In this document: piece by piece, positions 12,040-26,937 of the stretch
Layout: each line of letters begins with the position of its first letter
Numbering within the stretch: position 1 is the stretch's first letter
Assembly: GCA_964016885.1 (NCBI GenBank)
Contig: OZ024764.1
Location: forward strand, 1,116,001-1,180,000
Direction: 5' to 3'
Source of the DNA: Eledone cirrhosa
Lineage: Eukaryota
Length of the DNA stretch: 64,000 nt
Position numbers and translations under genes: made by a program
The notes under the pieces: generated by a model
Databases searched by the model: none
The model's input: the letters and a program-made list of their open reading frames with translations, nothing else
What the model was told of the DNA's origin: nothing

Positions 12040-14181
12040 GTCAGGTCACCAGTTGGTGCTACTGGTAACATGTATCCCAGTACAACCTGTCTCATGGTCG
12101 GGTCGTTGGCGACTAAACTGGCAACCCCACCAAGGTTTCTTGGTGAGGAGGGGGACTTTGGACATCCTGCAGGACTAAAAACAAAACCTGTCAAAGGGCA
12201 AAGGAGCTCTTAAGACTCAATGGCCATCCAAAATCACCGGGAGAGATGACCCCTTAGCCTTTGTCACCGAGAGAGATGACCCCTTAGCCTTTGTCAAGGC
12301 AGAATTCTAGGAGAAGGAAAACTCTGATATAACACCTGCAACCCTGATGGTATCCAATGATGTTGACTTGTTCTTCTTTTTGGTAAATATCATCTTGGTT
12401 AAGAGAGTGGGACTGGCTTTGTGCAGTGCCTTTGCTCACTATAAAAGCTTCACGGCACAGGCATTGCTTTATATCTGGAGATCTCTCTGCACTTGTCGTC
12501 ACATGGTACCATGGGCCCAGCACTATGTGTCAATAATTGTCACAAGTGTAGTGTTTGTACCAGAGTTTTCAAGTCGCTGGCTGGACTAAAAAGTCACTCG
12601 TTCAGCGCATCGGTAGGGGTTCTCCTACATGGATATAAAGTAGTGGCCGTACTCGAAAACGAGTTGGCAGCCACCATATATATATATATATACGGGGTAA
12701 CAGATTGTTATAAGTAGTCCACTTAAGTGTAGTCCAGTTATGGTACTCCGAGTAGTGGATGATATCAACGCTTGGCTAAGTTTGACTCAACAAGGCGTTT
12801 CCATAGTGATGCTGCGAGTACGCGGTGATTTCTATGTTGTTAACACTTGGAGTAATGATAAATCAGGAAAGAAGAGTGACACAGTTTGCGATACAAAAAA
12901 GGTTTTTAATCTCCTATATATATATATATATATATATATATCATCATCATCATCACTGTTTTACGTCCGTTCTTCCACGCTAGCATGGGTTAGACAGGTT
13001 GTCCTGTTGTGGGCAGTGTCTGGTCAGCTGACCATGCCTTGCTCATACAGGAACTGATCTGGCTTGATTTCTACAGCTGGATGCCCTTCCTAACACCAAC
13101 CTCATTTACAGTGAGTGCTGGGTGCTTTTTTGCCGTGGCACCTCCACAACCACTTTGCAGTGGAATGATAGGGACCCCAGTCCCTATCATCTTATTTCTA
13201 CAGCTGAGTAAACTGGAGCAATGTGAAATAAAGTGTCTTGCTCAAGGAAACAACACATCACCCAGTCTGAGAATTGAACTCACAACCTTTCGATTGTAAG
13301 GCCAATGTATATATATATATATACATATATATATAAAGACTTGCCTTCCCTTATATACAAACTTAAACCTACAGTCAGTAGGTACCTCTTAACCAAATAT
13401 ACACCCACCCCACTACCCCTACTCTCACTTCCACCCACACCACCCTTTCTCTATAAAGTTATGTTGGTACCACAGCATCCTGTCCGTAGGTGACACAACA
13501 AAAAGCACCCAGTTCACACTGTAGATGTGGTTGGTGTTGGGAAGGGCATCCAGTCATAGAAAACCTGCCAGAAACAGTCCTGTACGAGCAAGACACGGTC
13601 ATCCAATCAACCTTGCCTCAAGTGGGACAATTCCCGTCTAACCCATGCTAGCGTGGAAGATAGACGTTAAACAATGATGAAGATATATATATATATATAT
13701 AGATATATGTGTATATCATCATCATCGTTTAACGTCCATAATCCACGCTTGCATGGATTTGGACGGGAGTTTTCCCACTTGAGGCAAGAGTGGTTGTCTT
13801 GCTCGCATAGGACTGTCTGGCGGGTTTTCTACAGCTGGATGCCCTTCCTAACACCAACCACATTTACAGTGTGGGGCTGGGAGGTTTTTACTGTGTTGCC
13901 TACACGGCCACATTACAGCGTGGACTGTCTGGCGGGTTTTCTACGGCTGGATGCCCTTCCTAACACCAACCACATTTACAGTGTGGGACTGGGAGGTTTT
14001 TACCGTGTTGCCTACACGGCCACATTACAGCGTGGACTGTGTGTTTTTTTGTTGTGACACCTACACGACCTCATTTGTTTCGGGCTGGATGTTGTGGTAC
14101 CAACATAATTTTACGAGTAAACAACATCCGATCCCTCTTATTCCTAATTTCTCCCTTAGTTCTTTATGCTTTGCCGTTCAC

Positions 14182-14222
<41 letters not shown>

Positions 14223-17200
14223 GTGATAAAATACCAGGTGGACCATAACCCCACCAGAGTACGCGTTACTTGGGATAGTAGTATATATATCTAAAAAGAT
14301 TCAGGACCACGACAGCTGAGCTCCAGCCATTTCGACAGCTAGTTTGTCCCTGGGTCAAAAACATAAACACTTTTTTTCTTCTGTTTTTTCTTTGCTTGTT
14401 TCCTTAAAGTTTACCATCATTCCATTGGTATACATCTATTATGCAATATACACCTGAAGATGTCACCAGGTTCTTACACAACCTGGCCACTGAAATGTGT
14501 ATAGTGTTTAGAGTAATAAATAATTAAGGAAATTCAACATTTTTGACCTTCTGTAATTTCACTTTATAATACATTTACTCCGTTCCCGCACCTCCAACGT
14601 GATTCAACATAACGTTGAGTGCTTTTCTCATATTACATCATGATTAACATTGCAGAATGAATAATTCTACCCAGTGGTAAACCACCAAATTTAAATGTAT
14701 GTATATGTGTATGTATATATATATATATAATTAGACTTGGTGCTCTGAAATAGCAATCAATATATATATATATATATATATATGAATGTATATACAGTGT
14801 ATTTTGCAATACACTGTATGCTTAATTAAAAGCATTTTGAAGACCTTACGCTATTGTTTTAAAGTAGCGACATGTCACTTACTTCTTTTTTCAGCAAACA
14901 AAGGGAGATAAGCTGACAGATCTGTTGCATACTGTTGGAACTCTTCAGAGCTTACCACTCCCTTTGCTTGCTGAAAATTATGAATGTTGGATTCTTATAG
15001 AATTCCATAAGAATTTGTTTGCTGAAAAAAGAAATAACATAGTCACTACTTTAAAACAATAGTAACTATGTTACTTCTTTAAAATGCTTTTAATTAAGCA
15101 TACAGTGTATTGAAAAATACACTAGATATACATTCATATATATATATGGAGGCACATGGCTTAGTGGTTAGAGCATTGACCTTGCAATCAAAAGGTTGTG
15201 AGTTCAATTCTCAGACTGGATGATGTGTTGTTTCCTTGAGCAAGACACTTTATTTCACATTGCTCCAGTTTACTCAGCTGTAGAAATGAGATGATAGGGA
15301 CTGGGGTCCCTATCATTCCACTGCAAAGTGGTCGTAGAGGTGCCACGGCAAAAAAGCACCCAGCACTCACTGTAAATGAGGTTGGTATTAGGAAGGGCAT
15401 CCAGCTGTAGAAATCAAGCCAGAATCAGTTCCCGTCCCACCCTTGCAAGCAGGGAAAAAGCGGACGTAAAATGAAATGATGATGATGATGATGATATATA
15501 TATGTAAAAAGTAAACAGAAATAACAACACAATCAGTACAGTATATGGAAGGGATATATTAGGTTAACGCTTGATATAGCAGGAAGAGGGTCTTAACGTT
15601 TCGGACGCTAGTCCTTCATGAGAAATAAGATAGATTGAGGGGACGGGCGCAATGGAATTGGAAAAAAATGTCTTTAAATAAAAATAACAGGTCTATTCAT
15701 GTTGACATCTCTTATATATATATATTTATATATATATAATATGTGTGTGTGTGTGTGACCTGGCTTGAATCAGGGGGATAACCACAGTAAGTAAGATACT
15801 CAATACGCAGTAGAGTATATACAATCTATATATATAAAACTGTGGTTGTCTGTCTGTCTATCGATTTTTGGCACACATCTCCTCTTAGAATCTCTCACGG
15901 AATTGCACCGAAATTGCTATACTTGTACATTGAGCCCTAGCGAAGACATCGGAAAAAAAAAATTTCAAATTGACCCACCCTATGTGACGAAATCGAATAT
16001 AATGTATCGATTTTTGAGCGTAAGTGATCAGTTATTTCCCTTTGTTCTGTTTACATTGAGCGTCTTACGTAAAAAATTACGCTGGCTTTCTCAGTCTTTG
16101 TTAATAAATAACCAGTGCAGTTTCTATCCCCAGCATCCTCTTTTGTTATAACATTGGGGTTATCGTTATGTTTTCTTAACTTCATAAGGCATATTGTTGG
16201 TTGAGGGAATATTAATCAAAAACACCACATGCAAGTCTGCACAGTAGACACTACAGTTTTTAAGCCAAAAAAGAAACTTAACATTGTAACTTTAACACAG
16301 CTACTGAGCGACCCCGTTTTGCTTCATTTCCATTTAAAAGCATTTTAAAACAATATTTTTACTTGAAAACAAGTCTATTTAAAGACTACGTAAAACAAGC
16401 AAATATTTCGTCGTTAGGCGTGCAGACAGACAGTCGTGCAGATAGACAGTCGTGCAGAGAGGTGATATAGGCGTGCAGACAGACAGTCGTGCAGAGAGGT
16501 GATATAGGCGTGCAGACAGACAGTCGTGCAGAGAGGTGATATACGCGTGCAGACAGACAGTCGTGCAGAGAGGTGATATACGCGTGCAGACAGACAGTCG
16601 TGCAGAGAGGTGATATAGGCGTGCAGACAGTCGTGCAGAGAGGTGATATAGGCGTGCAGACAGACAGTCGTGCAGAGAGGTGATATACGCGTGCAGAGAG
16701 GTGATATAGGCGTGCAGACAGACATAACTGATAATTTGGTTACGCTAATGTTTTTCTCTGCGTTGCAGTGTTTACATTTTCGATCTTTGTTAATAAATAA
16801 CCAGTGCAGTTTCTATCCCCAGCATCCTCTTTTGTTATAACATTCGGGTTATCGTTATGTTTTCTTAACTTCATAAGGCATATTGTTGGTTGAGGGAATA
16901 TTAATCAAAAACACCACATGCAAGTCTACACAGTAGACACTACAGTTTTTAAGCCAAGAAAGAAACTTAACATTGTAACTTTAACACAGCTACTGAGCGA
17001 CCCCAAGTAACGCTGGGCTTTACTGCTAGTATCTAATATAGAAATGGCTTCTACAGGGCTAGAACTGCTTCATTCGAAAGAAATCACCAGGAAAGCCTTA
17101 ATGATTTCCTTTGAATGAAACAGTTTTAGTCCTGTAGAAGCCATTTTATATTATTATCGTCAAGTGTGAAATTTGTGCAATCTGACCTGGACACAATGCA

Positions 17201-18297
17201 ACAATGGATCGCAGACTGGCAACTCAAGCTAGCTGTGGACAAGTGCACCACCATGCATTTTGGGAGGAAAAACCCAGCGTCCACATATTCCCTCCACAGC
17301 ACTAATATCAAGAAGTCTTCCTGTGAACGTGACCTGGGCATTACGGTCGGCAGTGATTTGCGTTGGACGAAGCACGTCTCTAAAATTGTCAAGAAGGCCG
17401 AGGGTGTCTTGGCATCACTCAGCAAGACCTTTGTCAGCCACTCTCCAGATATCTATTTAAGGCTGTATATAGCTATGGTGCGACCACACTTAGAATTTGC
17501 ATCACCAGTCTGGAAGCACTATCTTGCTCAGAACATTGACCTCCTGGAAACTGTTCAGAGACGTGCAACCAAGCGAATACCCTCCATCAGGCATCTACCA
17601 TACTCTGAACACCTTACTTCCCTGGGTATGGATACATTGAAGCTCCGACGTCTGGCAACTGACTTGGTAAACACCCACAAAATTATTAACCATCTCGCCA
17701 ACAACAACCCCAAACACTTTTTTGAATTCCATGTGTCTAACACACGTGGACATGCCTACAAAGTCAGAAAACAGCACAGCTTCCATGACTTTCAGAAACA
17801 TTTTTTCATGCTCAGAGTTGCTGAAGCATGGAACAAACTACCTGCATAGTCAATGGAAAGAGACACAATGTAGTTATTAATAAGAGTTGAAATGAATGCA
17901 TGAACTATTTCACAGCTCTAGCATCACTCCTTCATAGTCAGCCTATTTTAGCCTACCCTCATATATTTATTTATATTGAATTCTACTCGTCTACAATGTA
18001 ATAACTTCATTACACAGATACCAGTCAACTGAGCTCCATATATATATATATTTATTGCTGTTTTATATATACTACTACACCACCTGTGTCACACTAGAAC
18101 ACCTGTGTCACACTAGACCCCCTGTGGCACACTACCCCACCTGTGACACACTAGTTGTGACCTGTTGGTTCATGTTGACTTAAAAATAATTTTTAAATAA
18201 TTAGAATATACACAGACGTATATAATGTGAAATGACACTGGAAGGCCTATATATATACGTGCGTGTATGAATATATATAAATGTGTGTGTATATATG

Positions 18298-18350
<53 letters not shown>

Positions 18351-19097
18351 GTGTGTATATAAATGTGTGTATATAAATATGTATTATATGTGTGTGTATA
18401 TAATGTGTGTATATAAATATGTGTGTGTGTATAAATGTGTGTATATAAATATGTATTATGTGTGTGTGTGTATATAAATATGTGGGTGTCTGGGATCTAT
18501 ATACACTGGTCATAGACACACACATATACATACATATATATCTAACATACATACATATATATCTAACCCATGCTAGCGTGGAAAATGGACGTTAAACGAG
18601 GATGATGATGATATATCATCATCATCATCATTTTATGTCCACTTTTCCCTGCTTGCAGGGGTGGGACAGGAACTGATTCTGGCTTGATTTCTACAGCTGG
18701 ATGCCCTTCCTAACACCAACCTCATTTACAGTGTGGGCTGGGTGCTTTTTTGCCGTGGCACCTCCACGTCCCCTTTACAGTGTGGGCTGGGTGCTTTTTT
18801 GCCGTGGCACCTCCACGACCACTTTACAGTGTGGGCTGGGTGCTTTTTTGCCGTGGCACCTCCACGACCACTTTACAGTGTGGGCTGGGTGCTTTTTTGC
18901 CGTGGCATCTCCACGACCACTTTGCAGTGGAATGATAGGGACCCCAGTCCTATCATCCCATTTCTACAGCTGAGTAAACTGGAGCAATGTGAAATAAAGT
19001 GTCTTGCTCAAGGAAACAACACATCACCCGGTCTGAGAATTGAACTCACAACCTTTCGATTGCAAGGCCAATGCTCTAACCACTAAGCCATGTGCCT

Positions 19098-19129
<32 letters not shown>

Positions 19130-19559
19130 TTATATATATATATACATACACACATGTATATATATGGGCCTTCCAGTTTCATTTCACATTATATACATGT
19201 CTGTGTATATTTTAATTAATTAAGAAAAATATTTTAAGTGTACGTGACCTAACGGGTGATGGGTGGTGCAGTAAGCAATAAAAGTCTATGGGCTGTGTTC
19301 CTTACTTTAAATTATATAAGTAGGTTACATTGACTCAGCTATTTTGACCAGTTATCTATTATTTTATATCGCTTCTAATCTCTCTCTTTCTCTCTCTCTC
19401 TCTCATATACTCTTCATTCTCTCTCTCCACCCTCTCCCTCACCCAATCACTGATTTATGATGAATCATTTGTGTGTGTGTGGGGGGGTTTTAACTGTTTT
19501 GTTATCAAATATGTGGTTTGACAATAAACACAGCCATGTGTGTATATATATAGGTAGAT

Positions 19560-19640
<81 letters not shown>

Positions 19641-20325
19641 GGGTTCAATCGGGGGGTGGGGGGTAACCACAGTAAGTAAGGTGCTCAATGCGTAGCAGAC
19701 GATTTCTTCAGAATGAAACAGTTCTAGTCCTGTAGAAGCCATTTCTATATTAAATATATTTATATATATATAGACAATATGCCCCCACAACCTCCCACCT
19801 GTTAGTTTGCCTGCTATCCCACTACATCTCTTGTGTACCCAAGATTTGTATTGTGTACATTCTATAGAATTTATGCCAGTTCCTTTCCTACATATTGAAC
19901 ATGGCCATTTCTCTGGTGGAATCAGAGTTTTGTCCTCTTTTCTACTCATCAACACTTTTGTCTTAGCTAGGTTCACTCAGGCCATTTTCGCTACATTCAC
20001 CCACCTTTCAGTAAATTTACTGGGGTGCAGTGCCTCTCTCCACTCTGATTCTCCTTCTAAAGTGGTATTTAAAGGAGGGAATGAGTTGTTGTCCGGAGAG
20101 AAAGGCATCTGTCCTCAGTCCTCTCAACCTCGTCCCACTTTCACCATAGCCACTGTACAGAGGAAAACCACCTCTTTTTCTTTTTTGAAAGAGGCTGGCG
20201 GTTTGATCCTTACTATGGACTCAGCAGTCAACTGGATTTGTCCCACCCGCGACAGCAGTTGTTCCGCCTAGTTCCACAGGTCGGTTACGCCCGTGCAGTG
20301 TACAATTGCATGCAGGACTGTTTCA

Positions 20326-20393
<68 letters not shown>

Positions 20394-23300
20394 TAGAATT
20401 GGCTGTGTAGTTGCAAGTTAAGGGAGCTTAAAATGGAGTGAGAATAAGAAGTAAGAACGGGGGGGGGGGGGTTTCCTCATCAGTTGTCTACTGGGGGTCT
20501 CGGATATTTCAAAGCTTTAAAGACAAGATATCTACGTGTGTATATCTATAATATAATAAAGTAAGGAGTGCGGGACTGTGTCCAGAATATATATTTTAAT
20601 CCCGTTAGTAAAATAAGTTGGATTACTTAGAAAAAATAATTGTTTCTACTATTGGCACAAGGCCACCAATTATCCAGTACATTACTGGTACTTTATTTTA
20701 TCGACCCCGTAAGGATGAAAGGCAACCTCGGCGGGATTTGAACTCAGATCGTAAAGGGACGTAACTATGCTGGAAAGCATGGCGTCCGACCCTAAATAAT
20801 TGTTTCTACTTTAGGCACAAGGCCAGCAATTACCCAGTGCATTACTGGTACTTTATTTTATCGACCCCGTAAGGATGAAAGGCAAAGTCAACCTCGGCGG
20901 GATTTGAACTCAGATCGTAAAGGGACGTAACTATGCTGGAAAGCATGGCGTCCGACCCTCTACCGATACTGCCATTCCGACCCTAAATAATGAATGAATA
21001 TTACATTATTTATCTACTAAATTTCGTAGCTGTTGATTAAACATAAATTTTCTTACAGTGGTACCCGGCGTTGCACGGGATAAGGTATTTTGGAATGCAG
21101 GCCGCCAACAGACCTAATCGTGGAAAAACTGCATGCCTGGACAATATGTAAAGAAAATAAACCAAATGGCTGGATAATCTTTAAGATTTTCCTTGATGAA
21201 GAAGGTGTTCACCTAATGCGGGCCCTAGGGGATCAAGAAAATGAATTTTTTTTATGTGCATAATATGACTTGAAATTTCGGGAAAATCGGCTAGACGTAA
21301 CGCCTAAAAAAAAAAACTAAAAAGCTGAAAAAAACGCAGTTTTTCACCTAATGCGGGCCCAAGGGCATGAACATTTTTTATGTGCATGAAACTCCCTGAA
21401 ACATAAGTAATACACATGTAAAGTTTGAAAAAAATCGGTTGGGTACTTCTCGAGTTTTAGGGATTCAAACTCACAGACAAACACACACACACACATCCTC
21501 AGTTTTATATATATAGATGATTGCTTATTTTAAGATTCACTTCTTTTAAAATGTTCAAATGTCAACACTTCCAGTTAGCATCCGTTATATCATAACACTT
21601 ATTACATCGCTTTTATAAACATCCATATATTTGCATCATTATATAAGGTTTCATTACATGTCACCGTAATCCAGTTTATATATAATATCATCTTATTTAA
21701 TGTATCATGGATTACTTTACTGATTACATAAGACAGTGTAACACAGTCTCTCTTCAGTTTCTGTGTATATTGTCAATTACGATTTTATTTGATGTATCAT
21801 ATCTACATGTATATATCATCATCATCATCATCATTTAATGTCTATCTTCCACGCTAACATGGGTTTAGTATATTTGCATATAATATCAATATGCACACTA
21901 CACGTGCTAGCAGAAAACCATCCAAATGGTGGTTTTCTGCTAATATATATAAATAGATATTGAAATAAACTTTTCCGTATTTTTCAGCACCCTGGAGGTG
22001 AAGAAGTTTTGTTGGACCTTGGGGGTAAGTAAAGTATTTTTTTTTTTTTTTTTTTTTCCAACTCTTCACATATTTTATATTTAGCAACCAGAACCAGCAA
22101 GGTCCTGCCAGAAGTAACCAACTCCAACTGGTCTAGCTGGACCAGTTGGAGTCAGCTGCTTCTGACAGGACCTCGCTGGTGGCGGGAGTGTTTCAGGACT
22201 TTGGCCCCCACGACCCTCCCAGGAATATGTGGGCGAAGAAGTAGTATTTGTCATATCATTTTTATGTTTTGCAGCCATTATATATGAGAGTGAAAGAGCA
22301 CCATAAACTTATAAAAGCTTAGCTACTGGTAGCGTGTAACCCAGTACAACCTGTCACATACATGGTCGGGTCATCGGCGACTAAACTGGCAACCCCACCA
22401 AGCTTACTTGATGAGGAGGGTGATTTTGGACACCCTGCAGGACAAAAAACAAAACCTGACAAAGGGCAGAACTCGTAAGAGTCAGCGGCCATCAAAAAAA
22501 AAAATTTCTGCCAAATCAATGGGTGGCAGTAGTTCCAGCTGCATTGAAGGACTGGTGTAGGGGTTCTGAGAACAATGTGGCTTTGCAGATGATCAATGGA
22601 AATTGACAATGGAAAGGTGCTCCTGCTCGAGTTAGAAGAGAACTATTGACCTTCAGGAGAAGCAGTGACCCCTGGTTGTATTCAGCAACCAAAACAAATA
22701 TGAAGTACATCAAATCCAATGCTCCTAGGGGCAGCCCTGGTTCTTCTTATTTGCAAGTGTAAACCTGGCCAGATTAGATTAGATGTAGGACTTAAGCCAG
22801 CCCTCATCATAGCAGTAGTAAGAAGAGTTTCTCAACCCAAACAGTGACACCTAAGGCTCCATGAAGTGCAAACATGGATAAATTCATACAATGGGGTGGA
22901 ACAAGGCCCCTCATATCTCTAGTAAAGCTCTACATTCTGGGGAAAACCTTTGAAGAAGAAGCAACTACAATGAAAGAAATGAAACAACCATGCTTCATTG
23001 GCTGTGCAATCTAGGTGTGAGAGAAAGGCAGAGCTTGGGTGAACTGAGGGAGGAGCTGGGCTTAAGAGGGATCTGAGGTGGTGTGTAGGAGAGGAGACTA
23101 TGCTGGTATGGACATGTGATGTGTATGGATGATGATTGATGGGTGAAGAAGTGGTAGGAAATCCCAGTGGAAGGAAGCTGCAGTAGAGGTAGACCAAGAA
23201 AGACCTGGACAGAGAGAAGACTGCACTGGTATGGACATGTGATGTGTATGGATGATGATTGCTGGTGAAGAAGTGGTAGGAAATCCCAGTGGAAGGAAGC

Positions 23301-26300
23301 TGTAGAAGAGGTAGACCAGGAAAGACCTGGGCAGAGAGAAGACTGCACTGGTATAGACATGTGATGTGTATGGATGGTGATTGATGGGTGAAGAAATGCC
23401 AGGAAATCCCAGTGGAAGGAAGCTGCAGTAGAGGTAGACCAAGAAAGACCTGGGCAGAGAGAAGACTGCACTGGTATGGACATGTGATGTGTGAAAAAGT
23501 GCTGGAAATGCCAGTAGAAGGAAGCCACAGTAGAGGTAGACCAAGGAAGACCTGGGCAGAGGCGGTGAGAGCTGACCTCAAATCACTGAGATGGTGACAA
23601 AGGAACGCAGCTAATGGAGAAATGCTGTGCTGAGAAGGACCCATCCAACCCATGCAACCATGGAAAAATAGACGTAAAACGATGATGATGATGATATATC
23701 AGTCAGTGGGTACCTCTTAACCCAATATACACCCAACTCCACACATAATATTGTTTGTCTATGGCCAACAATATCATGTATCGCAAAATAATATCACATA
23801 TCAAGCAAATGCCTGAGCTTGAAGCTTTTTTAAGTGAGGAAAGGCTTCGCACAGAGCCAGCCCCACTCTCTGAACATCAAATGTATTTACCCAAAAAGGG
23901 AACTGGTTGACATCGTTGGGTGTAAACAAAGTCACAGGTTTTATGTCGGTGACCTTCTAGAGAGATGTCTTAATGATGAATAGGAGTCTCTCACTACATC
24001 AAAAAAAAACACACATACATATATGGTGGCTACCAACTCGTTTTCGAGTACGGCCACTACTTTATATCCATGTAGGAGAACCCCTACCGATGCGCTGAAC
24101 GAGTGTGACTTTTTAGTCCAGCCAGCGACTTGAAAACTCTGGTACAAACACTACACTTGTGACAATTATTGACACATAGTGCTGGGCCCATGGTACCATG
24201 TGACGACAAGTGCAGAGAGATCTCCAGATATAAAGCAATGCCTGTGCCATGAAGCTTTTATAGTGAGCAAAGGCACTGCACAAAGCCAGTCCCACTCTCT
24301 TAACCAAGATGATATTTACCAAAAAGAAGAACAAGTCAACATCATTGGATACCATCAGGGTCGCAGGTGTTATATCAGAGTTTTCCTTCTCCTAGAATTC
24401 TGCCTTGACAAAGGCTAAGGGGTCATCTCTCCCAGTGGTTTTGGATGGCCATTGACTCTTAAGAGCTCCTTTGCCCTTTGACAGGTTTTGTTTTTAGTCC
24501 TGCAGGATGTCCAAAGTCACCCTCCTCACCAAGAAACCTTGGTGGAGTTGCCAGTTTAGTCGCCAACGACCCGACCATGAGACAGGTTGTACTGGGATAC
24601 ATACATACATATATATATACATATATACACACTGTTATTTATATATTACTAAAACTCTGTGATTGCTTGCTTGCTTCTCTGTACTGTAATACAGCGACAA
24701 GGGCGCATAATGGGAAAATACTTTGAAAGGAAGTTGACCCTGAAATGGGAATATAAATGGAATAAAACAAGTTTCGCGTAAATCGGAGCACGGGTTCCCG
24801 AGAATTGGGGTTTTTCTGGGTACCTTCATAAATAGAGAGACAGAAAGATAGAGAGGGAGAGGAGACAGGGAAGGAGAATAGAAGAGAGAGAGAGAGAGCT
24901 GGTGGTGTTGTTGTGTGTCTATATATATATGTGTGTGTGTGTCTACGACCAGTGTAAATAGATCAGACACCCATATATATATATATACACGGTCATGAAG
25001 GTCACAGAAAAAGTAATAGCGCAACTAATCAGAGAGAGAATTGATCTAGATGAAATGCAGTTTGGGTTTGTGTCAGGCAAAAGTACCACAGACGCTCTTT
25101 TCATTGTACGACAACTACAGGAGAAGTACCTAGCTAAAAGTAAACCCCTATACTTAGCCTTTGTTGACTTGGAGAAAGCCTTCGACAGAGTCCCCCGTTC
25201 CATTATCTGGTGGGCTCTTAGAAAACTAGGTGTTGATGAATGGCTTGTGAGAGCCATACAAGCCATGTATAAAGAAACAGTCAGCAAGGTTAGAATTAAC
25301 AACGAATATAGTGAAGAGTTTAGCGTAAAAGTTGGTGTCCATCAGGGCTCTGTTCTTAGCCCCCTACTATTTATTATTGCCCTTCAGGCTATAACAGAGG
25401 AGTTCAAGACCGGCTGCCCATGGGAACTCCTATACGCAGATGATCTAACGCTCATAGCTGAATCAATGGCCGAACTAGAGAAGAAATTCCAAACATGGAA
25501 GCACGGCCTAGAATCAAAAGGCCTTAAAATTAACCTGGCTAAGACTAAAGTTCTAGTTTGTAGGAAAGAAAATAAGGTGGCGGTCCCTTCCGGGAAATGG
25601 CCATGCTCAGTGTGTAGGAAAGGCGTAGGTAGAAACTCCATTTTATGTCCCAAATGCAAAGTATGGGTGCATAAAAGATGTAGTGGGATCACAGGTAAGC
25701 TAACTAAGAACAGATTTTACATGTGACCGGTGCTCTGGTGCAATAAGTAGCAGCAAGTGCCCACAAAATACTAGCTCTTTCAATTGCGCAGAGGGTTCTA
25801 TAGAAATAGTGGACAGCTTCCGTTACCTGGGTGACAAAATCAGCAGTGGTGGAGGGTGCTCAGAAAGTACAGTAGCTAGAGTCAGAACTGGATGGAAAAA
25901 GTTCAGAGAGCTTATACCACTATTAGCCGCTAGAGGGTTCTCCCTAAAAATGAAAGGCAGGTTATACGATGCCTGCATACGAACAGCAGTGCTGCATGGC
26001 AGTGAGACCTGGGCATTGTGTGCAGAGGATATACGCAGACTAGAGAGGAACGAAGCTTGCATGCTCCGCTGGATGTGCAATAGTAATATACGTGAACGGC
26101 TAAGCATAAACGAACTAAGGAAAAAATTAGAAAAAATAAGAGGGATCAGATGTTGTTTGCTCGAGAGAAGGCTACGTTGGTACGGTCACGTGATGCGCAT
26201 GAAAGACGACAGCTGTATAACAAAGTGCAGGGCAATAAAGACAGACGGTAGCCACGGAGTAGGCAGACCCAGAAAAACCTGGGACGACATGATAAATTCC

Positions 26301-26897
26301 GACCTCACACGCTTACACCTCTCCAAGACAATGTCACTGGACCGAGACCTTTGGCGGTACTCAGTAATAGAGAAGACCCGCCTTACCTAAATACAAAGTA
26401 AAAACCTACTACAGTCAGTAGGCATCTCTATCAAAACACACCCCCGTCCCACCACCCACACCCCATCCACACCGCCCCTTTCAATGTAAAGTTATGTTGG
26501 TACCACAACATCCAGGCCGAAACAAATGAGATCGTGTAGGTGTCACGACAAAAAAACACACAGTCCACACTGTAATGTGGCCGTGTAGGCGACACGGTAA
26601 AACCTCCCAGCCCCACACTGTAAATGTGGTTGGTGTTAGGAAGGGCATCCAGCTGTAGAAAACCCGCCAGACAGTCCACGCTGTAATATGGCCGTGTAGG
26701 CAACACAGTAAAAACCTCCCAGCCCCACACTGTAAATGTGGTTGGTGTTAGGAAGGGCATCCAGCTGTAGAAAACCCGCCAGACAGTCCTATGCGAGCAA
26801 GACAACCACTCTTGCCTCAAGTGGGAAAACCCCCGTCCAAACCCATGCAAGTGTGGAACACGGACGCTAAACCTTGATGATGATGATATATAAATAT

Positions 26898-26937
<40 letters not shown>

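Noticed and set aside
11049-12194. Poly-Thr/His/Pro ORFs
   Set aside because: Trinucleotide low-complexity DNA with no splice or domain support.
14305-14355. Possible additional minus-strand hammerhead (GACA..UGUC GAAA ..GUC)
   Set aside because: Stems II and III are plausible, but the CUGANGA core and stem I partner are missing.
15148-15225. tRNA-like sequence with A and B boxes
   Set aside because: No proper acceptor stem; it runs into a SINE body repeated many times in the window.
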